From: Macrostomum lignano
Taxonomy: Eukaryota
Assembly (NCBI GenBank): GCA_002269645.1
Contig: NIVC01001975.1
Span: 124,001-188,000 of the forward strand
DNA: 64,000 nucleotides
Direction: 5' to 3'
A program made the position numbers and the translations under genes. Positions 1-12,078 of the stretch are shown in pieces. The notes beneath the pieces were generated by a model. The model was not told the origin of the DNA. It saw nothing but the letters and a program-made list of their open reading frames with translations, and did no database searches. The first letter of the stretch is position 1. Each line of letters opens with the position of its first letter.

Positions 1-1419
1 TCTCCTAAGCGAAGGAAGAACTGAAAGACTTTTGATCCCGTGTGTACCGATTTGGGGGAATTTTTAGGGAACTTAGGGAAATCAATGCATTTCTGCTTGG
101 CAAAGAGATTATGTATGCTGAATTGTGGATTCTGTGTGTGATTTTAGACTCTGTGTACATGGATTTTGTTTCTAGTTGTCTCGTTTCTTTTCAGTAAAAA
201 AATAGAAAAAAACCTTAGCTGCTTGTGTGTTCAATTTGTGTTCAAATGTGTTCAATTTTTTTATAAGTCGCCTTTTATCAACTAGTAAATTGTGTGAGCG
301 AATGATGTCCTCCACAATTACCTGCTTTTGTTTGTATATTTTTCCTGTCGAAGTTTTCCAGTCCCATAGTCGTTATTTTTCTATCCATATACTCACAGGC
401 TCGGCTCAGAGTGCTTTTCGTCTCTTAACTAAGATTTGCATTTTTGTGCAATGCCTCTGTTGCATTTGTCACTTTCTTTCCCGATGCTTTTTTGTTTAGG
501 TAGGAACTCCCCCTATTTTTGGTGCTGTCGCTACTGATTTGTTGGTCAATAAACTCAGTCGGTTGTTTATTTGATCCGAATTTACATCCCTATGTGAATA
601 TGCTTTGGCGCCAACACATCAAAGTTGTTGTATGATGGTATTCATTCCGTTTGGGCTTCAGCTATTAACTAGAAACTGTAGTCCAAAACATATTCATAAG
701 TTACACTACTAAAATCTTTATTAGAATAAAAATCCCTTTTTTCTGCTATGAGTATTACAAATGGTGTCTTAAAATAGCGGGGATAATAGATGTATACGAA
801 AATAGATCGTACTAGTTGAACATGCCTTGTCAGAATTACAGCATCGTCATCAACTGATGACTTTTGGATGAAGTCACCCATCGGCTAAACAGTTTCAATC
901 GCTTTCTGAATCAGCTTCCTTGCTGATGGTGAGTTTGGATGGGCACATTTGGCTCTGTCATCAGCATCATCTGTTCGAGCTGTCGTTGACCTTTTTTGGC
1001 CGAAAGACTTCACATTAATCAGTTAAAAAAGAACTTTTTAAAAGAGGCTAAAAAAATTCCAAACTCGGAAAACGACGTTAAAATGTTCTTACGGGTACAT
1101 TCATACACCGAATCAAAAAGTATCTGAACAAGTCAGCACTAGTGTTACAACATTAAACATCGACCAATGAAACTCTGAAAAGTCGACTTTGACTTGATAG
1201 AATAGATGGCTTGGAAATATAATAATTTATTTGATGCTGTTCTGACCATGGATTGTAAAAATATGCTCAGCAATCTTCAATCGACTCCATCATGCTGACC
1301 ACACGGTAAAAACTTGGCTTCAATTGACTCTCAAAACTGAAGAGTACTGAATCTTTTAAAGAAATCTAGTGTTAGAAGTGCAACCACGTGTCAGTAATTT
1401 ATTCTGAATGAGATCTTCG

Positions 1420-2391
1420 GTGAGGTTGTCGCAGCCCCGCGGCATCGGCGATTCCTGCTGGTTGTGCATGACCTGCGCAGCAAATGGCCAGAGATCGCAG
1501 CTATGGAGACTGTGATATCGTCAAGCATCTGCAAGGCGCCCAGGAAGCAGGAAGCTGTCCAGCTGGGGTGTTCCCAGGGTGATCGTCAGCAACAACGGAC
1601 CTCAATTTGTGAGTTAAGACTTTTGGGACTTCCTACAGATCGAATCGAAGGAATCCAGCACAGCAGGTCAAGCTGATACCAGCTCGTACAAGCAAGGCAA
1701 CAGGGCGAGGTTGAGACATTCAATCGCAACATCAAGGAGGGCCTCGCCGCAAACCTGAGTGGGAATTAAATCTGACGATGCCATTGACCTGGTGCTGAAG
1801 ACCTACAGGACGAGTCCACATGCGCTCACAGGGCACACCCCGGCCGAGTTGATGATTGGTCGCAAGCTGAGGACAGGCCTGCAGTTACTGAAGCCACCAA
1901 CGACGCGGCAGTCTCGGAGCGATGGTCTCAACGAGGAGACCAGCCAGCGACAGGCCAAGATCGCAGCCGACACCAACAGGCGGATGCGAGCTCCGGACTC
2001 GACACTCAAGTCTGGAGACTGGGTGTGGTGACGGCTACCACATGGGGCGCACGAGCTGGCAACCCGACTGTAGGGCCCCGTAGTCATCTCGAAGGGCCCC
2101 GTAGTCATCTCGAAGGGCCCCTTAGTCATCATGTCGAAGGCTGGCAGGAACACCTTCGTGCTCTAAGACGGTATGAAGTAGCATGCCAGTCGCCTGGTGA
2201 AGTGTAACAACCCAAAAGCCGAAGAGGGCGTGGCCGAACCTGAAGCGGGCAGCGCATCGATGCTGGACGAGCCAGTCGCGGCCAATGCAGCAACTACACA
2301 TGAGCAACCGCCGCAAATCGAGACACGGGAGTCCATCAGGACTGGACGATCGCCTGCTCGATATCCAGATCCGGAAGGGGGAGATTATTGA
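1420..2391 (+). mobile_element. Degenerate Ty3/Gypsy LTR-retrotransposon fragment: integrase core and C-terminus, ending at a PPT-like tract
   Basis: Broken frames give FLLVVHDLRSKWPEI, G-EVETFNRNIKEGL, LKTYRTSPHALTGHTPAELMIGRKLRT and LKSGDWVW. The terminal RESIRTGRSPARYPD overlaps purine tract GGAAGGGGGAGA (~2372-2383). Multiple frameshifts. Confidence 0.8.
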
Positions 2392-2519
2392 CTGAGATCT
2401 TGGCATTGTGACCATAGATACCTAGGCTGGCCTAGACTGGATTGCAGTCAAAATTCGTACAAAATGCTCAGTGCCGGAAGAAGACGATTTTAACTCCACA
2501 GCAACGTGCTAGTGAGATT

Positions 2520-3750
2520 TTTTCTGCGTCATTGGCTATTGAATCCAGAGCAAAGCCCATCTTTTGTAAACCTCGGCAAATTCCATAGGGATTCAGGACG
2601 ATATCAAAGCCGTATTAAAGAGAATGAAATTGGTTGGACAGCTCCGGAGGGTGGAATCCTGGCGGTGTATCAAAAATCTCGCGAGCCTGAAGTAACTTCA
2701 GACGAAACTGGCCAGGACAGAGACGAAATGGACATCTGTCGAGCAGAGAGCTTTTAAAAGCATTGAGGCTCTGCTGTACAACGCAAGTCGCTCTCAAACC
2801 TTTTGATCCATCCGATCGACAAAATCATTCTCACAACTGATGCGTCACCCTCTGGACTTGGTGCAGTTCTAGAGCAATAGACTGGGCCAGCAATATTTAT
2901 TTCAAAGACTCTAACACCAGCAAAGCGAAACTATACTCACATCGAGCGTGAGACTCTCGCTATCGTATGGGCCGTGAACCACTTACACATAGCGGAATGG
3001 GCGACGCTCGCCTCCCCGCTGCGTCTTCGGACCGCCCTGCAGCTAAGAACCACTTACACAAGTCATTTGCTAGGCCAGAAATTCATCATCCACGCGGACC
3101 ATTAGTCACTGAAGTTTATCTTCGATCCTAGCAAATCACTCTGATTTGCTACGAGTATGTCTTTGAGTGCTGGAGATTCTCTGAGATTCATGTAGCCCAC
3201 GTGCTGTTAAGACTAAGCAAATATACATCTGAAGGTTGATATTAGCTCAGGACTGTCTACTGGATGTGTTCCTATCAGCAAGGAGAACTTGAGAAGGCAA
3301 TCAAAAAGAGGACTCAAAACTCTGGAAGCTGTACAATTACATGTAAGTTCGACAACTACAGCAGTTAAGCCAAATCAGGGACGAGAGTTAGTAATTGAGA
3401 ACGGATTGCTGTACAGAGGCATTAGGCTGGTTGTACCATGCAAAGTTGGAGCGTTCCAAAACTCTGCGACTGCTGCACGAAGGACACGAAGGACACATCG
3501 GACGTGAGAAGATGAAATCCACAGCTAGACAATGTGTATGGTGACCCGAATTAAATCGGCATATCGAAAACTACTCAGAAGGATGCAGTTCGTAGCAGAT
3601 AAACGAGGTGCACGGAACAACTTGACAATGGACTTCGTGGCCAGACGAGACCCAGTGCTGGTCGAGAGCTCACATGGACTACGCAGGACCCATGAAGAGT
3701 GGAAACTACTAATTGCAGGTGTGTTCAGTAAGTGGGCTGAAGTTCACTGA
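2520..3750 (+). mobile_element. Second degenerate Ty3/Gypsy fragment: pre-RT linker, RT largely deleted, RNase H, integrase zinc finger and start of core
   Basis: Segments read AKPIFCKPRQIP, KWTSVEQRAFKS, IILTTDASPSGLGAVLEQ, FISKTLTPAKRNYTHIERETLAIVWAV, HEGHIGREKMKSTARQCVW*PEL, HMDYAGP and FSKWAEVH, with stops and frameshifts. Confidence 0.8.
2990..3046. mobile_element. 57-bp GC-rich insertion flanked by a 14-bp direct repeat (TSD-like) inside the Gypsy RNase H remnant
   Basis: GAACCACTTACACA occurs at 2976-2989 and 3047-3060. Removing the insert plus one copy rejoins the RNase H-like sequence. Confidence 0.65.
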
Positions 3751-3836
3751 GATGAGATGATTAAGCGATTCTAGCCGCATTATACTCGTACTTTTGTGTC
3801 TTGTAACGGTTTCATATTTCTCAAACGCTTAAAAAA

Positions 3837-4203
3837 CAGGGGCGTCGGCACCGGGGGAACAGGGGAAGATGCCCCCTCCAGTAAAAGCTATGGGGGACAT
3901 ACCAATGCTTTGTCCCCCCACCCCACGTACCCTGTGACCCGTTGTGGAAATCAATAATTTTGTTTCAGGGCGACAAAATATAGCACATGCGGCGCTAAAA
4001 TAAGTGCTTGTGGCGCCAAAATGAGTGCCTGCAGCGCCGAAATGAGTGCCTGCAGCGCCAAAATAAGCGCCTGCGACGCTGAAATGAGCGCTGCTGACAA
4101 CACTGACTCTCAAAATAATGTGCATGTAGGAATTTAGTCATGTACATGTAAAATGCTCCCCCACCCCGCCATAAAATCCATATAATGGCGCGCGACGCCC
4201 TTG
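3837..4203. mobile_element. Putative MITE (non-autonomous DNA transposon) with an internal 21-bp repeat
   Basis: Termini CAGGGGCGTCG ... CGACGCCCTTG (10/11 inverted match). Internal AAATGAGTGCCTGCAGCGCC-type repeats at ~4020-4095. No clear TSD. Confidence 0.45.
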
Positions 4204-5410
4204 GTTTAAAGCATTAATCACCCAAATTTTCTGTACCAAAATGTCTAGAGTATTAATTTGCCTCGGTTTAATAAGCTTGATTTTTTAATGATTATTTCAA
4301 TGCGTTCAGTCTGCAATAATAAACTCAATAAATTACATGTAGATGAGTGAAGCATACATTTTGAAGCATACTCAGTCACGAATGACCAAGCACGCGTAGC
4401 ATTGTGGTGCAAAATAACTTTTTAAGTAATCTTGAAGTGATCTATCTTGTACTGACTTGCATTAAAATCATAAAATTATGTCGATATTTGAATGCTAAAA
4501 AAGTATGATAAAATTCTTTGAACAATCAGATCACTGCTCTTGCAACTCACCGATTATTCTTCAGTTGAAATTTTAATTGACAAGAAAAACATCAAATTCA
4601 GAGCGCTTGAAAACCTCTGTTCCAGACTGACTGCTAGCAGCTGAGAGGCTGAGAATATAAACGTTATGTTCTTGCTGTCCAATCAATCAATAATCAATAA
4701 TCAATAAATTTAAGACCTTTTATTTGCCTCTAAATGACCTCCATTAGCCAGAATCAAACGGGCAAGGCAGGGTGAGATGGAATTTTTAGTTAAACTCAGG
4801 AAAGCGAACAAATCATTTTTTTCTTTCACATATATAGCTTTCGTATATAGCTTTGATTTATTTATATACTAATTAATTGGCTATTAAAGCAATTATATTT
4901 TATACTGACAGAATACAAGTTCCAGTTCTTTTATCTCCGGCGCATTTCAAATGGCTTGCACCACTATTTTTTTTCGTTTCCGATAAAATGAAACAAGGTA
5001 GTAAGTCTACTTACAGTAGTCTGCTTTTGAATATTAAAAAAATGGGGCTCAAAACCTTTCTAACGTTTCTTTAGGTTTGGTTTAGATGAAAAAAAGATTT
5101 ATTTTATTACCAATTATCATACATTAAAAATCAGGAGCATTATTTTGTAATTTTTTGAAATAAAAACGTCCGAAAAGGTAACAGTTCTTTCTGCATACTA
5201 GTGGCATAGTTTATCTTTTCTCAGTTATTGGAACGGAGAAAATAACTTTCTACACATATCGGTCTCTGTCTACATATAACAACATATCACAGAGTAAAAA
5301 CAGTTCGTGCTTTCTGTAAATTTGAAGCTTGTTCTTAAGCGTATGTGAAACTATAACAATTAGCATAAAAAGCGTAAGTCTAAAGAAATTATCCACCATC
5401 AAAAAGTGAA

Positions 5411-5427
5411 CGCCCCCGGGTGGGCTC

Positions 5428-5464
<37 letters not shown>

Positions 5465-5484
5465 GCCTATTGCGCCACGGAGGC
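5411..5484 (-). tRNA. trnN-GTT: tRNA-Asn (anticodon GTT)
   Basis: Minus strand GCCTCCGTGGCGCAATAGGCTAGCGCGTTCGGCTGTTAACCGAAAGGTTGGTGGTTCGAGCCCACCCGGGGGCG forms a full cloverleaf with A and B boxes, closely matches metazoan tRNA-Asn, and is followed by a TTTTT Pol III terminator (5405-5401). Confidence 0.96.
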
Positions 5485-6057
5485 GTTGCCTACGTCGGAT
5501 CACGCGTACTATAAAATACTAAAGAAGCGTGCATCGACCTTGGACTTCGTCACGCAGTTTACCCATGCAAACAGGGGTCGAACTTTTTCCACTTACAATT
5601 CTTTACAAGGACTAATGTACTGTATGCCCTATTCCTATGCAGAATGCAGTTAACGTACAAGCTCTACTGTGGATGTACATTTTGCGAACTTTTGGACTGC
5701 TAGGACAGGGCTTCGTTCACCCTGGCCACTCCTTTTCGATTGCTTTTGCATATAAAACTGTGGTTCAAAGATATTGCTAATCTAAGCCCCTTTTTCTTTT
5801 TCCTATCTCAGCAGACTGTGAATGCGCACAGTGATTTTCTGTCAACTGACAACCAACTACGAATTCTCTGTTCTCGCTTACAATTCTTCAAGTCAAGTAA
5901 AGAAGCGAAGGTGCTCCCGAGCTAAGTTCTGTGGTTCCTGACGATTGAAATTCGCACAAATTACTCCCCTCCCGATTCAGGCTTCAGACGTTAGCACTTG
6001 TATTATCACACAGTTTCTCAACGTTCAACACTAATGGCTTGCGTTAGCGTTCCCCAG

Positions 6058-6276
6058 ATGGTCGAGATCCCTAAGCTGCAGGAGCCGCACACGTCGCCAT
6101 ACTACCAGCAGAAGGAGAAGCGCAAACGGCGACAGTCGGATGCTTCCGTGCACTCCGGCTACAGCGCCGACAGTCCCATGGAGGTCGCCATCGAGTCGGA
6201 GATTGAGGCTACGAAGAACAACGCCTGGGGTGTCTTCAAGTCACGCGAGGTCTTCGTTGAGATGCACATCTGCTAA
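6058..6276 (+). CDS. Small uncharacterised protein (72 aa) or terminal exon: MVEIPKLQEPHTSPYYQQKEKRKRRQSDAS...VFVEMHIC
   Basis: GC-rich, coding-like island in AT-rich DNA. The ATG sits directly after a 3' acceptor (TTCCCCAG|ATG); an alternative in-frame ATG is at 6034. No family recognised. Confidence 0.6.
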   Translation: MVEIPKLQEPHTSPYYQQKEKRKRRQSDASVHSGYSADSPMEVAIESEIEATKNNAWGVFKSREVFVEMHIC

Positions 6277-7635
6277 ATCTAAATCGAAGCTGAGATTGAT
6301 GCGTTCACAATTTCGGTGAAGCATGGAATATTGCTATTGTTTTTTGTTGACGCCTGAACTGAATACACTGGCGATTGGATCGGGAGGGGAGATTTTGTGA
6401 CGATTTTTCTCACTATGGTGATTGTTTGCACTATTTGATTGTTGTAATCGCGTAAAATATTGCACATCTTTGCTACAATTAATATAGTCAGCTGTAGTGA
6501 AAAAGTAGGGCTTTTAGTCGCATCTTTCTAATTTCGAAATTGTGTACCGATTTTTTGTTACTCTTGATACACAATATAATTAACTAATAATTCAAATCAT
6601 TTTACTTCGGCTACTTGTAGCGGCCGTATCTGTAAAACCAAAAAAAGCTTAAAACTTAAAGCTCAGCACTATAAACAGTCAAAATACAAAGTAATTTAAA
6701 ACTTTCATTTATCATTCTGCGCCTTACTTATACCTGTAATGCAAATAAGTGTTGAGGCTTTCGCTTAATTCCATATGCCCTTACCAGGATTTAAATTAAA
6801 TCTTTAATTTAATACTACACCTGCATGCTGATCTATATAGGGTACATGTCATCTTTCCCATTGAATTAAGCTGATTTCTATATAAAAAAATTATTTCCAT
6901 TCTGTAAAATTCTTCATTGATTTTTGACTGTTTACTTATTTTCATAATGAGCAAATAAACTAATGTGTAAACGTAAACAAGTCTCGGTAAATGTTTTATT
7001 TTACAACTTGTACACATAGGGGTATGCATGTTCAAATTTACTACTGTGAGTAGTTCGATGGAATTTATTTTTACTAGAGAATAAACATTACATGTGTACA
7101 TGCTACAGTATGAGCCGAGGACTGCTCAACTACAAGTTAAGGGAAGTATGATGAAAAAGATGAATACAACCAGTATGACTCGAGCTTAACTGTCATTTCA
7201 ATATTTTTTGGCACAATGTACCCATAGAATTTAAAAATACATCTACATGTAACATTTTTACAATCTCTATAGTCCAGTGGGCCTCCTTTGTGGCGTCCAT
7301 GCAATAAGCAATTGGACGAAATTGATGGGTTTCGGCCTTTTCGGCCCCTTTCGGGAAGCCTTCGGGCCTCAGATCTCAGAAATAAATCAATTAGAGTCCT
7401 GGCCCCCACTCCTGTCAGATAGATCAGCCCCATGGTAGCTTGATCGTGTGGCGAGCAGTCTAGGTCCTATAGCTAAGAGAGGGACAGCGAGAGACAAGCA
7501 GGGAGAATTTTGAAGGTAAAGATCAGCTAATCCGCAGATTAACTAACCCGCTGCCACCAGCCCGTGTGTCCTGGCTCATCAAACCGGAACTTTCGAAATC
7601 GGGCTTCCGACTAGAGGGGGTTTATTAGCACTTAC

Positions 7636-7853
7636 CTGCCAACTAGTGTCTTTTTGCTGTCAATCTCGAAGTCATAGCCGATGATAACGGACACTGCTGG
7701 GACTTGATCGCATTGGCCATGCAGGTACAGAGGGGACTTGTGCAGGGGATTCTTGCAGTGGCCAGACTATGGGGCAGCTACATGTACTATTACATTGCTA
7801 AATACGAAGAATTGTATTTTGGCCTTCAACGCGCCAACCAGCCTCTCGTAGCG
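7636..7853 (-). CDS. Two candidate exons (7853-7806, 7766-7636) of an unresolved minus-strand gene or pseudogene, weakly C2-domain-like
   Basis: cag|RYERLVGALKAKIQFF|gt, a 39-nt intron, then tag|SGHCKNPLHKSPLYLHGQCDQVPAVSVIIGYDFEIDSKKTLVG|gtaag. The phase-0 junction is consistent. Flanking exons are not resolved. Confidence 0.3.
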
Positions 7854-10800
7854 CTGATGATAGGCTAACTCGAACATCGTAGACCGCATGATTCATTACC
7901 CTTGGCGAACCTAGAGTGCACAGAGTACATCTCTAGCGCCCCGATTCTGCACTATTGGCAATTTTGCTCACTGATTTGATAGATTGATCGACTGAGAACT
8001 GCCTTGCCATTGGTCCACTGCGACCGGCGCCTACTAGCTTAGCTACTCATCTGAGCCATCGGCGAACAAAGAAATAAAACCGATAAAAATAACTGTCAGA
8101 CTTAACCTTCTCCTTGAATTACTTCACACCTCAGATTAAATTGGAGCTTCAGACTACTAACAGTATTATTGAATGATTGCTGCCTCAGTAACAGCACTAC
8201 TGAACAAAATGAGCAAAAGTGTGCGCCTATAAATCCAGCTACTGATACAGGGGACAGATAGGGAATCACCCAATCAAGCAATTCTAGGTAGCCTCTCACC
8301 CAACCAATCAGAAACTCAACAGCCGGAGACCAGGTTAATCCACAGTGACCGAATAGGCTCGATGCTTCGCAGCTGTAGACCCGGGATGATGCTGATGTCA
8401 CAACCTTCGCAGATAGCTAGCAGCAGGTGATGCTCTTCACTTTGATGTTCACTGCTGATGACCGGGGAAATTCGTCCTTGATGATGATGGGGGAGTCGCA
8501 ATCCGGGGATCAAGAAACGACGGTCGGGCCAGAGAGAGAGAGAGAGAAAATTCCTGGCCGGTTTCCAGAAAGGGTTGCCAAGTTAGTCCGAGCGGGCCAA
8601 AAACACCGGTTTAAATAGCCGCCAACTGGACCGCAGTTTGTTATAATGGAACATTTCGAATTTTCTGATTGGCTGAGCTTGTTGCCACCCAAAGTCACGT
8701 GACCGGGAGATCCTATCAGTTCCCTCGAGGTCGTAAAAATATGACAGGTGCGGCCATAAGTCAATCAAAATCACAACAAAATGATTTATGACTTTTCGAG
8801 TAGAATTGACAAAAGTAAATGAAAAAATATACATTAGAAAGCTCTTATTAAGTAGAAAGTTAAGATAATGAAGAGAAATCGCTAGTCGCTAATCCCAACG
8901 TACTTTTAGGGGTAAAACGCATAGCTGTCAAAGCTGTCACACGCTTGAGTGAACACGAACAATAGGCCCTGACCTCATAAATCTTGATGGCCTGTCAAAA
9001 GGATGAGAAAAAGGCTACCGCGCCCTCATCCTCTCAGACCATCTGGCGCCAGCCTCCGCATTGAGTGAGGCACAGGTGGCTGTCAGACCAGCTCAGACGC
9101 AATGATTATGACCCAAAAGCAGCAAAAAACCGCGCCTATGTTATTTTAACTACAAGTATGGCAGATTCATATAGCTACAGAAGTCCTACGTACAGGTATG
9201 AATTCTAGAAAAATTACGAAAAAAGGAGAAAAATGCTCATAACCTGCTGTTAGTAGGCTAGCAAGTTTAGAGCCCATGTGCTAGCGTGGAATTTGGGAAA
9301 AAGTGCGTCCTCATCAAAATTATATATGTGAATCCTACTATTTGCCTTTGCCAACTCTCAGCAATTCCCCCGCGCAATCCTCTTTGACATCTCGATCTGC
9401 AACCCCCAAGCCTTGCCATCTCTTAGCAATTTACCCCAATACATGTATCCATGACGTGATATCAGCAATTCCACCGAAGCTTTGATATCTCAGCCAATTC
9501 CCCCGTAAGCCTTGAAATCTCAGCAATTAATTCCACCCTAAATCGGAATTGCCTTTAATTGTCATCTCTCAGCAGTTCAACTCAAGCTTTGAAATCTCAA
9601 TACCACTTTTAATGACGCTTCTTGTACTTTTGACATGACGCTTCTTTTATTTTTTACATGACGCTTAGATCTCTTATGTTTTATGTACATATGGTGCATA
9701 CCGCGTGCATAAACATGTATTATATGTTTAGGTTTTGGGATGTAATTCTATTTCAAATGTTTTATTTTCTAAACAAAAAGCTAAAATTAAGAAAAGCTAA
9801 ATTAAGAAATGCAAGTGTCGTATCAAAAGAAAAACATTTTGGTCTTCTTGCCATAAATGTACGCCCCTACCAAAACAATAAATACATGTACAATCAGTAT
9901 TTTTAAGTACTTAAAAATTGTATTTTTCAATACATGACGTAAAACCTGCGTATGTGAAATAAATTTGTTTATCAATTTTAGCTTCTTGGAATATAAACGC
10001 ACTAGTTTAACTACACGATAGAATTCTTTGTTATGGATGGCAGCTAGTTCCAGTCAATATATAGTTAATGGTTACAGTACTTAAACAAGGAACAGAACTT
10101 GTGAGCGTCAATCGGTAAAATAATATAGGACCTGCACGTAGTCAATAGGATTTAACGGTCGGTGCTATCATTCATATTGCGAACTTCTGCAGGTACTTCT
10201 GCTATTTGAGGATTGACTGACTGTCATCCATATTTTTGTTTTTTATACCGCGGCCTTTAAGATAGGCCTAAGTAATCAAATCCTTGAGGTAGAAATTTTG
10301 GCTTGACTTAATTAAGGAAGGTAATAAAAGATAGTGATAGCAACGATATTGCTCAAGATATTGTACAATAAAATCATTCAGTTTTTTTAACAAAAACATT
10401 TATGTTGCAACTCAAAAGGGGCCTACCTACACACACTCTAACTCTCCTAGCACATGGAAAAGAAATTTCTAATAAATATAAGGCCTAATAATTTTATGCC
10501 CAAACTTACTTAAATAAAATAAACATTATATATAACTGCAAAGCATAGCCAAAATTACGCTAAGTAGGCCTAATGATGATTGGAATATTAAAAATAATTC
10601 CATTTTTAGTTCTAAATGCTATCGCATTTCTTTCATTGTCTGAGACTACTCTCAGTCTTTTCTCTAAACATGCTGCTAATGCTAAATACAACAATGGGAT
10701 TTTTATTTCATTAAATAAAAAATCTCTTGGTAAGTTTAATTAATTTATAGATATTTTATTTTTATAAGTAACAACAAAATAACTAAATATGACTTTTTTC

Positions 10801-11442
10801 AATGTACATTTATTAGGCTAGCTTAGTATAAATCTAAAAAAGTGCATGGCTTAAAAGAAATAGGTTTAAGAAGCTTGACTATCAACAAAGATATATAATT
10901 TATATCTAAACCTTATATATTTGATTTAAATTTAAATAGTAAACATAAATCTAGTGAACAATAATGAACAATATGAACAATAGTAAACAAAAACACAAAA
11001 AACAAAGTGAATATAAATCTAATATATAGGCTTAATTGTCTATTCATTATAGTATTTATAAAATGGGATCTATGTTAGTAATTAATATCAATTATGACCT
11101 TGTATAAAAATAAAATTTTGTATAGTAACTTACTTATATTTGTCCCTTAAAATATATATACATTTAGCCTTATAGCAAAACAATATATATGGCATATGTG
11201 CAGCCCATTTTGGCAAAAGAAAATGACCAGTTTGGTGAAAAGATATGCTATCTCTAATTATAAATATATACTAACTAGTGGTTGTAGCTTATAGCTTAAT
11301 ATAGCTTAACTTATTCATTGACCACTATGCAATTTGCAAATATTTGCAATTTGTAAATAAAAAAAAAACCACAACTTAGCTAGTGGCTATATTATTGTTA
11401 TGTGCATGCAAAATGCAATTAATGGATTAGGATGATAACAAT

Positions 11443-12078
11443 TAGTGTTCTGCCATAAGGAGGATCCATGTGCTACAGCCATAAGCAAAACTATGGCTTA
11501 CTCCAATTCTCCGTATTCTGTAGCCATATGGACCCCGAAATTACCATATTCCCGTAGTTCCCATAGCCATAGCCATAGTTTTAACAAAAAGTCTAAAAAA
11601 CAAAATATTTTGAATAAAAAAAATAACCTAGTGCTTCAACAATTGCAAATTAAATTAGAAAATAAAAGAAACACTTAATTGTCTTTGTAAGATTATATTT
11701 GATCTTTTTTCAGAGCAACAATACTTAATTGTTATTGAAAGTACTAATGCTAAACTTTTTCACAATAATAAAAATTAGAGTTTGCTAGTGTTTTATTGTA
11801 TTTTTTAAGTATATTTTATAAGTTTCTAGGTTGATAATACAGTTTATTAAAAGTATATTTGTTTTACTCTACCTGTTTCTAATATTTTTTCAATTTTTTA
11901 CATTAATAACTATGGCTATGGGAATCTACGGAATGTAACAGCAACTACCATATTTCTATAGTCATAGCCGTAAGAGCAGCTAGCTACTGTAGGCATATCC
12001 GTAGCTGCCATAGGCACCTATTTTACCGTATTTGCCGTAGGATCCCATAGCCGTAGCTACGGCTATGGCAGAACACTA
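11443..12078. mobile_element. hAT-superfamily MITE (636 bp)
   Basis: Perfect 15-bp TIR TAGTGTTCTGCCATA / TATGGCAGAACACTA and 8-bp TSD ATAACAAT (11435-11442, 12079-12086). Subterminal GCCATAG/CTATGGC motifs, no coding capacity. Confidence 0.88.
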
